A DNA stretch of 64,000 nt. It comes from Lachnospiraceae bacterium (GTDB lineage: Bacteria; Bacillota; Clostridia; Lachnospirales; Lachnospiraceae). Below the pieces are notes generated by a model. The model was not told the DNA's origin. It did not search any database and worked only from the letters and a program-made list of their open reading frames with translations. Each line of letters opens with the position of its first letter. Position 1 is the stretch's first letter. Below are positions 1-8,413 of this stretch, piece after piece. The stretch covers positions 65,704 through 129,703 of the forward strand of contig JAAUZK010000014.1 of NCBI GenBank assembly GCA_014804655.1, written 5' to 3'. Made by a program: the position numbers and the translations under genes.

Positions 1-1083
1 GATGAGAAGCTGTCGGAACAGGGCAGAGAGTATGCTGCCACGATCAAGACATCGGGAGAGGGTCTACTCAGCATTATCAACGATATTCTGGATTTTTCCA
101 AAATTGAATCCGGCAAGATGCCGATCGTTCCCGAAGAGTATTATTTCTCATCCATGATCCACGATGTGATGAGCATGATGGAGGTGCGGTTGAAGGGTAG
201 ACCGGTGGAACTGATTGCTAAGGTGTCCGACAGTGTACCGCGCAAGCTGTACGGAGATATCGGAAGAGTGAAGCAGATTATCATCAATATCATGGGTAAT
301 GCAACAAAGTTTACATATGAGGGCTCCATTACACTCACGGTATCATGGCAGCAGGAAGAAGAGGATACAGGACGGCTGTTGGTCAGCGTCGCCGATACCG
401 GCATCGGCATCAGGCAGGAGGATATGGATAAGCTGTTCCGATCCTTTGAACAGGTGGACATGAAGAAGAACCGCGGCATGGAGGGTACCGGTCTGGGACT
501 GTCTATTTCGAAGCTGCTGGTGGAGAACATGGGCGGCAGCATCAAGGTGGAGAGCGAATACGGCAAGGGCAGCACGTTTATCTTTGATATCCGGCAGAAG
601 GTTATAGATGCCGCGCCGTGTGAATACAGTAAGAACAAGAATGCGGTAGAATTAAAACAGTTTGTCATAGATTTTACCGCGCCGGAAGCTAAGGTGCTTG
701 TGGTGGACGATAATAAAGTAAATCTGCGTGTGGCAACGGGGCTTCTTAAGAAGTTCGGCATTGTGCCTGATCTGGTGGATAACGGGCAGGACAGTGTCGA
801 GATGATACGCAGGCAGATGCAGTATGATCTGGTGTTCATGGATCATATGATGCCGGAGATGGATGGTATTGAAGCAGTGAAACTGATCCGTGCGACCGGC
901 ACGCCCTACACGGACAGACTGCCCATTGTGGCACTGTCAGCCAATGCGGTTAAAGGGATGGAGAACGAGTTTCTGGTGGGAGGAATGAACGATTTCCTGC
1001 CCAAGCCTATAGATCTGGAAATGCTAGGCAACATTCTGAAGAAATGGCTGCCGCCCGAATTGATCAGACATTCCGAGGTGTAA
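1..1083 (+). CDS. Hybrid sensor histidine kinase/response regulator, 5'-truncated by the window edge
   Basis: Frame is open from position 1 (…LLSIINDILDFSKIESGKM). HATPase motifs NATKFT, DTGIGI and GTGLGL; C-terminal receiver domain (VLVVDD, DHMMPEMDG, KP). Confidence 0.95.
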   Translation, partial: DEKLSEQGREYAATIKTSGEGLLSIINDILDFSKIESGKMPIVPEEYYFSSMIHDVMSMMEVRLKGRPVELIAKVSDSVPRKLYGDIGRVKQIIINIMGNATKFTYEGSITLTVSWQQEEEDTGRLLVSVADTGIGIRQEDMDKLFRSFEQVDMKKNRGMEGTGLGLSISKLLVENMGGSIKVESEYGKGSTFIFDIRQKVIDAAPCEYSKNKNAVELKQFVIDFTAPEAKVLVVDDNKVNLRVATGLLKKFGIVPDLVDNGQDSVEMIRRQMQYDLVFMDHMMPEMDGIEAVKLIRATGTPYTDRLPIVALSANAVKGMENEFLVGGMNDFLPKPIDLEMLGNILKKWLPPELIRHSEV

Positions 1084-1212
1084 TTTGGGATTATGATCCG
1101 GCGTTGGAAAGGCTGGAAATCTTCGAATGATTGTGGTAATATATACTTGTGTGTCAGTTCAGTATGAATGTGATGTCAGTAAAACATAATATAACTAAAG
1201 GGGGAACATAAG

Positions 1213-2652
1213 ATGACAGAATCACAGTACAAACGGGCGAACAAAACCGTGCTAATTCTTATCTCGGTAATCTTAATGTATTTCATTCTGGTTACTGTGG
1301 CATCGGGGGCTTTAGAGAGCGGCGGCATACGAGTTATTGTGCGTGCGGCGGTGACGGTGGCAATGCTGATCGGTGCAATCGGGTCATATGTGTTGTGGAA
1401 AGATCAGAAAAAGGGTGCGGTAGGCATGATGGCATGCGCCACAGTCGCGTATGGGGCTATGGTATTATTCGGGACGAATACGGGAGTGTACGCCTATGCT
1501 TTTCCCGTGTTGTTCGGTGTTCTGGTATATTATAATAAGAGGCTGCTGTTGATTGGTAATTGTGCGATCATAGCACTTAATCTGATCAGGACATTCCTGT
1601 TGGATCGTGCACAACTGGAAGATTCGATTATGGGTCTTTTAACGATCCTGCTTGTGGCATATGCTTCTTATACGGTTTCTAAGCTGTTGGTCCAGTTTAA
1701 TGAGGAGAATGTCAATAGCGTGGCAGAGGCCGCAGCGCAGCAGGAGGCGGCGCAGCAGAAGATGCTGCAGGTAGCCGGCAGTATTATCGAGAATTTTGAC
1801 GGTGCGATGGACAGACTGGGAAATCTGCAGGGAAATGTGGATACCAACAATTTCGCTATGACGAACATAGCAGAGAGCACCGACGCTACGGCGCAGTCCA
1901 TTCAGCGGCAGGCGGATATGTGTATGGAGATCCGGAGTAATACGGATGCCGTGGAGGAGAGCATTAAGAATCTGACCACCGCTTCCGACAGAGCGAGTGA
2001 TATGGTAACACAGGGTGCCGATGTTGTCGAGAGTTTGAGAAAACAGGCTGAGAATGTGGAGGCGGCCAGCGGAGCAACCGTCGAGGTCAGCAACATGCTT
2101 AGCCATAAGGTGGAAGAGGTGCAGAATTTTATCGGCGCGATTCTGTCGATTTCCAGCCAGACGAATCTGCTGGCGCTCAATGCTTCCATAGAGGCAGCGC
2201 GTGCCGGAGAGGCAGGAAGAGGGTTCGCGGTGGTTGCAGAGGAGATCAGGCAGCTTTCCGAACAAACTAAGGATGCCTCCAACAGCATTACTAATATTAT
2301 CAATGAATTGATTCTGGACACGAAGAGTGTAAATGAGAGTGTAGACAGTGCTCAACAGTCTATTAACAAACAGACCGAGCTGATCGAGGCTACCAAGGAG
2401 AAATTCGAGGCAGTTGACGAAGAAGTAAAGAATATGGTAAACAATATAAGAGACAGTGAAAGGATCATCGCGAGCATTATCGACAGCACCAATGCGATCT
2501 CGGATGATATCTCACAGTTGTCTGCGGCAAGTGAAGAAGTGGCGGCTTCCAGCATGGAAGGGCTTAGGACTTCGGAAGCTACCGTACAGGATATGCAGGC
2601 ATGTAAGGATATGCTGGAGGAGATCTTCAGTCTGGCGAAACAGCTGCAGTAA
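1213..2652 (+). CDS. Methyl-accepting chemotaxis protein with multi-TM N-terminus
   Basis: Hydrophobic N-terminal ~160 aa; MCP signature [34 protein letters not shown]. Confidence 0.95.
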   Translation: MTESQYKRANKTVLILISVILMYFILVTVASGALESGGIRVIVRAAVTVAMLIGAIGSYVLWKDQKKGAVGMMACATVAYGAMVLFGTNTGVYAYAFPVLFGVLVYYNKRLLLIGNCAIIALNLIRTFLLDRAQLEDSIMGLLTILLVAYASYTVSKLLVQFNEENVNSVAEAAAQQEAAQQKMLQVAGSIIENFDGAMDRLGNLQGNVDTNNFAMTNIAESTDATAQSIQRQADMCMEIRSNTDAVEESIKNLTTASDRASDMVTQGADVVESLRKQAENVEAASGATVEVSNMLSHKVEEVQNFIGAILSISSQTNLLALNASIEAARAGEAGRGFAVVAEEIRQLSEQTKDASNSITNIINELILDTKSVNESVDSAQQSINKQTELIEATKEKFEAVDEEVKNMVNNIRDSERIIASIIDSTNAISDDISQLSAASEEVAASSMEGLRTSEATVQDMQACKDMLEEIFSLAKQLQ

Positions 2653-2716
2653 AGAGCAGATTAGCGGTAAGCGATATAGGGATACAGAACGGATTTGTGA
2701 TGTGAAAAGAAAATGT

Positions 2717-2753
2717 AAAACCCGAGGGGATGTTGGTTCTCCTCGGGTTTTTT
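2717..2753. terminator. Likely bidirectional intrinsic terminator
   Basis: aaaacccgagggga…tctcctcgggtttttt hairpin between convergent genes. Confidence 0.8.
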
Positions 2754-2761
2754 CACTTCAG

Positions 2762-2977
2762 TTAACAATACTCGCGCATATTGATAAAATTGTAATAGGG
2801 AAGTGCATCCTTGGTGTAGCCATTGGTGTAAATGTGGATGTCTCGTTGCTGTTCCCTCTCACATGCCTCATCTAAAACCTTAGAAAAGAAAGTCTGCGCG
2901 AAGGTTTTAGACGGGTTCTGTCCGGACTGGTGTTTTTTGTCATTGGAAGAAACCTTCCTTAGCGGTGAAACAGCCAT
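2762..2977 (-). CDS. Small hypothetical protein (71 aa)
   Basis: ORF fills the gap, ends at the terminator and has a sigma28-like promoter upstream; start is uncertain. Confidence 0.6.
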   Translation of the reverse strand: MAVSPLRKVSSNDKKHQSGQNPSKTFAQTFFSKVLDEACEREQQRDIHIYTNGYTKDALPYYNFINMREYC

Positions 2978-3068
2978 AACCGCTTCAACTTTATAATTCC
3001 TCTCATTTGCATATACTGCGACAATCCCTCCCTGGATAATATAGTGTGAACATCTTGTTCTGTTAATA

Positions 3069-3095
3069 GTATCGGCAGGAATCTTTATTTCTTAA
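3069..3095 (-). promoter_or_regulatory. Putative sigma28 (FliA/SigD) promoter
   Basis: Minus strand reads TTAA-N15-GCCGATAC. Confidence 0.6.
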
Positions 3096-3187
3096 CACCA
3101 TTTTAACAGAAATTGTTTGAAAATGGAAGGAAAAATCTAAATAATTTTGCGAAATTAAATAAATTTTCTGTCAAATGAGGTTAAGAG

Positions 3188-3413
3188 GGCAGATTGCGAC
3201 AAAGGCTCTCTCGTGTCGGATTCGTCGAATGGATTTTCTATAATATTCCGGATAGGAGGTGGGAGACGGACGCAACCGCCCTCAATGAGCCGTCCGGGCT
3301 CGTTTCGGGCTTTGCGGGACATCCGTGTCCCGCAATTGCTGACTGTGAGCGGAATATTAAGAAAATCACATTTGACTGCGCATGACACGAGAGAGCCTTT
3401 GTCGCAATCCGCC
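3188..3413. repeat. Nested palindromic intergenic element, copy A (structured RNA or REP/MITE-like)
   Basis: 30-bp terminal inverted repeat (29/30 match), middle stem gattttct…aatattccg/cggaatatt…agaaaatc, inner hairpins; homologous to 25690-25920. Confidence 0.85.
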
Positions 3414-3572
3414 GGCACAGGGGTTGAGAGTTTGAAGTTATTATTTGGAATGGGACGTGCACTCGCTGCACCGTGTCGGTGGCGGAAGGCTGTTTTTTGA
3501 TGTGTTGTGTGTAGAAGTTGTATCAGTGTGCATAGATGATTTCAAGATATTTCAGATCATAAGAAAAAATGG

Positions 3573-3612
3573 TTGACAAATGACTACCAATGCATTATAT
3601 TATAGGTAGTCA
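3573..3612 (+). promoter_or_regulatory. SigA promoter overlapped by a palindromic operator (probable BlaI-family autoregulation)
   Basis: TTGACA(3573)-N17-TATATT(3596); inverted repeat tgactacc(3581-3588)/ggtagtca(3605-3612). Confidence 0.75.
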
Positions 3613-3666
3613 AATGTAAACCCAAAATCAAGAATATGAAATAAGTGGATTGAGAGGGAGAAGGAT

Positions 3667-4047
3667 ATGGTCAGATTATCGGAGGCGGAATGGAAGGTGA
3701 TGAGTCTGTTGTGGCAGGAAGCGCCGCAGACAATGATGCAACTCACTAATCATTTCAAGGAGACGACGGGATGGACGAAGCATACGGTGATGACTTTCCT
3801 GCGGCGCATGGAGGAGAAGGGAGCGATCCATCATGAGGAGGGAGAACGGGCGAAGTTGTATTATCCGGATGTAGGCAGGGATGAGGCAGTGCAGCAGGAG
3901 ACGGAAGAGTTCTTGGAGAAGGTTTTCGATGGTCGGATGGGGCTGATGCTCAATACCATGGTGGAGAAGAAGGCGTTGTCGAAAGAAGAGATTGCGGAGA
4001 TGTATGAGATCCTGCGCAGGGCGGAAGCGGAAAGCAGCGCTGAATGA
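3667..4047 (+). CDS. BlaI/MecI/CopY family transcriptional repressor
   Basis: LSEAEWKVMSLLW…TVMTFLRRMEEKG…FLEKVFDG pattern; lies directly upstream of an M56 gene. Confidence 0.93.
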   Translation: MVRLSEAEWKVMSLLWQEAPQTMMQLTNHFKETTGWTKHTVMTFLRRMEEKGAIHHEEGERAKLYYPDVGRDEAVQQETEEFLEKVFDGRMGLMLNTMVEKKALSKEEIAEMYEILRRAEAESSAE

Positions 4048-4102
4048 GAAGAGTGCGGAGGAGAACGCGGGAAGCTTGTGAGCGGAAGGGAGAGAGTGAC
4101 AG

Positions 4103-6523
4103 ATGACGGATATGATTGTAAGCGGTACGATTCTGATCTGTATGATTATGATATTGCGGCGGCTGACATATGGTAGAATCAGCATGGGGATGCGTTATGC
4201 GCTGTGGCTTGTGGTGGCAGTGCGCATGGTCCTGCCGGTCAGCTTCGGCAGCAGTTCATTCAGTATTATGAATGCAGTGCAGGGAATATCACAGTATTAT
4301 GTGGGAACGGCAGGAGCAGAAGAGAGCCATAGGAACAGTGTAGATGAAAATAACGAGAATGATAAGATGACTACAGGGGCACCTGCAAATGCCGGGAATG
4401 CGAAGGAGGCTTTGCGGGATATGTCGGCAGGGATAGAATCAGCCCTAACGGCTGCAAGATCAGACGTAAGTGGCATGACGGCAGGTTTGGCAGGGGCGGA
4501 GGTAGACGGTGCAAGGATGGACGTAAGCGGCATGGCAGCAGGTATGGCGGGAGCGGAAACAGATGGTGCAGAGATGGAAGCAAATCCAGCAGATTCACCA
4601 GCGGACAGACAGGGTATGCAGACGTGGTACGGATTTGGAGAAAGGTCCTATGCGGGCTTTCGTATGGCGGCTGTGCTGATATGGGTTGCGGGTGTGATTG
4701 CTGTGGGCGGATTCGCGCTGTTTAGGCAGGTGCGATTCATCGTGTATCTGCATCGAACCAGAGAGAAGGCACCAACTGACTGTCTGCCAGCGGTATGGGC
4801 GAAGCGGCTGGCGGATCATGGGATACAGGTCTGGCTGGTGAATGGGCTGCCCGGTCCTTGTATGGCGGGAAAAGGTATCTATATCAGCCCGGAGTTGTAT
4901 GAGAAAGAGGAGATCAGACTTCACATTCTGGCGCACGAATATGCGCATGCCGTGCAGGGAGATACCTTGTGGGCGATGGTGCGCAGTATATTGTGTACGG
5001 TCTGGTGGTTTCATCCGCTTGTGTGGTTGGCGGCGTATGAGGCGAAGCAGGACAGCGAACTTGCCTGTGATGAGCGGGCGGTCAGGCTGTTGGGAGAGAC
5101 GCAGCGTTTCTCTTATGGCAGGACACTGCTTGATCTGATGAATGTCGAACATGTCCGGATCGGCGCAAACGGCGTGGTGTTGACCATGGACGGCAGCAGC
5201 AGGCGGATACGACAGCGCATAGTTATGATCGCGGACGTAAAGAAAAGGAACAAAATCGTAACGGGAATCGTGACAGTGACTGTCCTTCTGCTGTGTGGAT
5301 GTGCTTATACCGGAGCGGAAAGCGTACAGGAGATTGAGGCCGCAGGACATGATGCAGCGGTACAAGAAGCAATACAGACGGCGGAAGTGGAGCAGGCAGC
5401 GGTACAGGCAGCAGAAGCGGAGCAGGCGGAAGCAGCGCAGATACAGCGTAGGTGGGAAGAACTGGAAGAAATGGAGCAGCTTGCCGAAGAACTGGCGAAA
5501 GAGCGGGAAGCGTTGGCAAAAGCAGTGGACGAGGCGGAAGAGGCACAGATGCGGCAGAATCTTGAAAAACTCGAAGCACAAAAGGCGGCGGAAGAGACAG
5601 AGATGCAGCAGTGGCTTGAAGAGCTCAAAGCGCAAAAGGCGGCGATAGAGGCAGAGGAGGCGCAGATACAGAAGGAGCTTAAACGGAACAAGACAGAATG
5701 GAATCAGGCTACAGCAAAGGAATTTGAAGATATGCTGCAGTCTATGACGGACGATGCGCTTGCAACGGCGGTGGTGGCTGACGTCACGGCATATTATGAT
5801 TACCTGTATAATGGCGGGCAATTTCCGCTGGAAGACGGCGCGTGGTATCTGATCCATAAAGATGAGGAGTACGGCATAGATTTCTATGGGCTGTATACAG
5901 ATCAGTATGGCTGCCGCGGTGTGAAGATGATGATAGACGGAGATGTCAACAGTCTGGATCTGCCGTGGCTGCCTACGGAACTTAAGCCGGCAATATTTAT
6001 GCTGGAGCAGACGCAGGATGGTCTTCCCAGAACTTTTGCATTTCAGATGTGCCTTGAGAATACGGGCAGCAGCGAGATATGGAAGCTCTGTCTGGTGGAC
6101 AGATACGATACGGGAACGATAGATTTGTATGCCTTCGATGAAGAAGATTATCAGAAACAGTTTCGGGATAAGGTCAGCTTCCAGGTCGATTCGAAAAATG
6201 AAAAAGTATTGCTGCTGGAAGACGGAGACATTATCAAAGGCGGCATAGACATATCCTTATACAAGGATTACACAGTGGAGGATGTATTCTGGGACGGATC
6301 ATTGGTGGCATATTCCATGGGAAATGACGGACGCTCAATTAATTTCGTTACTTCCATCGGCTTGAAGCTTGCAGAGACGGATGAGATTAAGTATAGTAGA
6401 CTTTCACTGATTAACTGTCCGGTACAGATCAGTGAGTGGGGAGAGCGGTCCTTTACGCTGGGCAGCCCCACGGTGGACCCGAAGTTTGTCAATGGGATGG
6501 TGCAGTCGTTGGAATTGGAATAA
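4103..6523 (+). CDS. BlaR1-like M56 family metallopeptidase signal transducer
   Basis: N-terminal TMs (RYALWLVV), HEYAH zinc motif, WWFHPLVW, ELACDE; then a coiled coil and an unrecognised C-terminal domain. Confidence 0.92.
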   Translation: MTDMIVSGTILICMIMILRRLTYGRISMGMRYALWLVVAVRMVLPVSFGSSSFSIMNAVQGISQYYVGTAGAEESHRNSVDENNENDKMTTGAPANAGNAKEALRDMSAGIESALTAARSDVSGMTAGLAGAEVDGARMDVSGMAAGMAGAETDGAEMEANPADSPADRQGMQTWYGFGERSYAGFRMAAVLIWVAGVIAVGGFALFRQVRFIVYLHRTREKAPTDCLPAVWAKRLADHGIQVWLVNGLPGPCMAGKGIYISPELYEKEEIRLHILAHEYAHAVQGDTLWAMVRSILCTVWWFHPLVWLAAYEAKQDSELACDERAVRLLGETQRFSYGRTLLDLMNVEHVRIGANGVVLTMDGSSRRIRQRIVMIADVKKRNKIVTGIVTVTVLLLCGCAYTGAESVQEIEAAGHDAAVQEAIQTAEVEQAAVQAAEAEQAEAAQIQRRWEELEEMEQLAEELAKEREALAKAVDEAEEAQMRQNLEKLEAQKAAEETEMQQWLEELKAQKAAIEAEEAQIQKELKRNKTEWNQATAKEFEDMLQSMTDDALATAVVADVTAYYDYLYNGGQFPLEDGAWYLIHKDEEYGIDFYGLYTDQYGCRGVKMMIDGDVNSLDLPWLPTELKPAIFMLEQTQDGLPRTFAFQMCLENTGSSEIWKLCLVDRYDTGTIDLYAFDEEDYQKQFRDKVSFQVDSKNEKVLLLEDGDIIKGGIDISLYKDYTVEDVFWDGSLVAYSMGNDGRSINFVTSIGLKLAETDEIKYSRLSLINCPVQISEWGERSFTLGSPTVDPKFVNGMVQSLELE

Positions 6524-6644
6524 GTACGGATAAAGTGGAAAGAGTTTACAATGCGTCCCGAATAATAAAATTTTGCACCCATCGGGGCAAAGATAAAATA
6601 TAATCCGTCTAGCGTAAGCGAAAGAAAGTTGTTAAGAAGAGTAT

Positions 6645-6680
6645 GAAGCCTTGCCGGTGTTTGTGCAAGGCTTTATTTTA
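6645..6680 (+). terminator. Intrinsic terminator
   Basis: aagccttgc…gcaaggcttt followed by atttt. Confidence 0.7.
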
Positions 6681-6776
6681 TGTGATAAGATAATGAGTAT
6701 GGATAAGATACAGGAAGCTATTGTTCATTTTTTGAACTTGATTAATACAGCCTCATATTAAATTACTATAAAATAA

Positions 6777-6805
6777 TTGACAAACATAATCCCATCCCTT
6801 ATGAT
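6777..6805 (+). promoter_or_regulatory. SigA promoter upstream of the Rpn gene
   Basis: TTGACA-N17-TATGAT. Confidence 0.7.
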
Positions 6806-7046
6806 AAATGAACCGGGAGACAAAACGTTCTCCTGCTATGTCACCGCTTACCACATTTTCTATAGGGCGGTATGTGCATTTCGCACGTTCAGACAGTTTC
6901 TGTCAGTTTTCCGACAGGCATTAAAACAAGTATTATAAACACATCAAATGGCAGTTGTATTCTGTTACAATTGCTGGTCTACATCCGGCAATGCAGGATA
7001 AATTGTTCAATTTATTTTGCTTTTGTCCGTGTCGAAAGGAGTTCCT

Positions 7047-8114
7047 ATGGCTAAAGAGAAAAAAGCATATCAAAAGAAACAGATCAATAACAGCAAACAT
7101 CATGACAGCAGTAGTAAGCTTATTTTTGGAAATGCAGAATTATGCTCCCAGTTCCTCAGAAACTACATGGATATTCCGCTGCTCAAAAATGTCCGGGCGG
7201 AGGATATTGAGGATGTCACGGAACGCTACATACCCATGTTCACTGAGGAACGCGATTCGGATACGGTAAAACGTATACGAATATCAGAAAAAGACACATT
7301 ATTTTTTGTCACTCTTATTGAACACAAGACCAAAGTGGATTATAATGTGAGTATGCAGCTTTTACGGTATATGGTCTACATATGGGAGGACTATGAAAAA
7401 GAGATGGAGAAGAAAAAGAAGGGGATCAGCAAGACGAAGAACTTTCGGTATCCTCCGATTCTGCCCATTGTATACTATGAGGGGAGCGGGAAGTGGACAG
7501 CACCCTGCAATATCAGGGACAGGATATACTTTGATGAAGCCTTTGAACCTTTCACCCCTAAGTTCTTTTATAAGCTGGTACAGCTCAATGCCTACAGCGT
7601 GGACGAACTGGTCGGGAAAAAGGATGAACTATCCCTGTTGATGCTGATTAATCGGCTGCAGAGCATTGCGGCATTCAGGGAGCTTGACCTACCAAAAGAC
7701 TATCTGAAAGACCTGTCAGAGAATTCCACGGATGAACTGCTTGATATCATCGCAAGGGTGACGGCATCAATGCTGAGGCATTTACATCTGCCGGAGGAAG
7801 AAGTTACGGAGTTCACTGATCAGGTAAAGGAGCGGGATATGGCAGTATTATTTGAATATTTTGAGGACGTGGATCTACCGGCGGAGCGTAAAAAGGCTAG
7901 AGAAGAAGGACGTGCAGAAGGACGTGCAGAAGGACGTGCAGAAGGACGTGCAGAAGGACATGCGGAAGGACATGCAGAAGGGTTTGCAGCGGGCGAATCT
8001 TGTTTCGTCAGGCTGACTCAGCTTCTGCTGGAATCCGGCTGTACGGCTAAACTGTCCAGAGCTGTTACTGATCCGGAATACAGGAAAGAACTGTATCGAC
8101 AATATAATCTGTAA
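7047..8114 (+). CDS. Rpn family recombination-promoting nuclease / PD-(D/E)XK putative transposase (YhgA-like)
   Basis: HDSSSKLIF, RDSDTV, LIEHKT, QLLRYMVYIW and PPILPIVYYEG motifs; C-terminal EGRA repeats; RBS aaggag before ATG 7047. Confidence 0.9.
   Translation: MAKEKKAYQKKQINNSKHHDSSSKLIFGNAELCSQFLRNYMDIPLLKNVRAEDIEDVTERYIPMFTEERDSDTVKRIRISEKDTLFFVTLIEHKTKVDYNVSMQLLRYMVYIWEDYEKEMEKKKKGISKTKNFRYPPILPIVYYEGSGKWTAPCNIRDRIYFDEAFEPFTPKFFYKLVQLNAYSVDELVGKKDELSLLMLINRLQSIAAFRELDLPKDYLKDLSENSTDELLDIIARVTASMLRHLHLPEEEVTEFTDQVKERDMAVLFEYFEDVDLPAERKKAREEGRAEGRAEGRAEGRAEGHAEGHAEGFAAGESCFVRLTQLLLESGCTAKLSRAVTDPEYRKELYRQYNL
7839..8114 (+). CDS. Predicted intragenic small protein (RpnS-like, 91 aa), in frame with Rpn
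   Basis: AAGGAG (7827-7832), 6-nt spacer, ATG 7839, immediately before the EGRA repeat region. Confidence 0.6.
   Translation: MAVLFEYFEDVDLPAERKKAREEGRAEGRAEGRAEGRAEGHAEGHAEGFAAGESCFVRLTQLLLESGCTAKLSRAVTDPEYRKELYRQYNL
7905..7988 (+). repeat. 12-bp tandem repeat x7 (gaaggacgtgca; encodes EGRA/EGHA/EGFA)
   Basis: Four exact and three degenerate units, read directly. Confidence 0.95.
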
Positions 8115-8286
8115 CGCAAACTGCCCGCAGACTTTTGAAATTAGGCAGTTGGCGTAAGTAACTAACAATTTCATATAAAATAGCAGTGTTAAGGCGCATG
8201 GAACAGCAATGTAGACCATGCGCTTTTTGTTTCTTTTTCATAAAAATGGGGTGAGAAGATTGGTAAATAATACGGGACAAAGTTAC

Positions 8287-8356
8287 TTGCGAAAAATGGT
8301 TCTGTTTTATATAATGTAAAATAAGTAGTAGCGCAACCGATTGCGCAACGTTGCGC
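8287..8356 (+). promoter_or_regulatory. SigA promoter plus overlapping LacI-type palindromic operators
   Basis: TTGCGA(8287)-N17-TATAAT(8310); gcgcaaccgattgcgc and perfect palindrome gcgcaacgttgcgc (8343-8356). Confidence 0.7.
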
Positions 8357-8413
8357 TGTAGCCCTGCAAGGAAGCGGCAGGGGGTAGCAAAAATAAAGAA
8401 TGGGAGGCAAGAC

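Noticed and set aside
3155-3500. Short ORFs on both strands over palindromic element A (and 25668-25945 over element B)
   Set aside because: No RBS or recognisable domain, and the translations are not conserved end to end between copies; best explained as by-products of the repeat.
4595-5857. Long antisense ORFs (also 19876-20778, 22101-22802, 29880-30617, 14393-15193 and others)
   Set aside because: They shadow well-supported genes on the opposite strand and show no motifs of their own.
7905-7988. Tandem repeats as a possible CRISPR array
   Set aside because: 12-bp head-to-tail units with no spacers, in frame within a CDS; no cas genes in the window.
8114-8155. acgcaaactgcc…ggcagttggcgt as a c-di-GMP-I riboswitch
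   Set aside because: Only one hairpin; the second stem and tetraloop/receptor pattern are not evident, and it lies upstream of the GH53 promoter. More likely the Rpn 3' hairpin.
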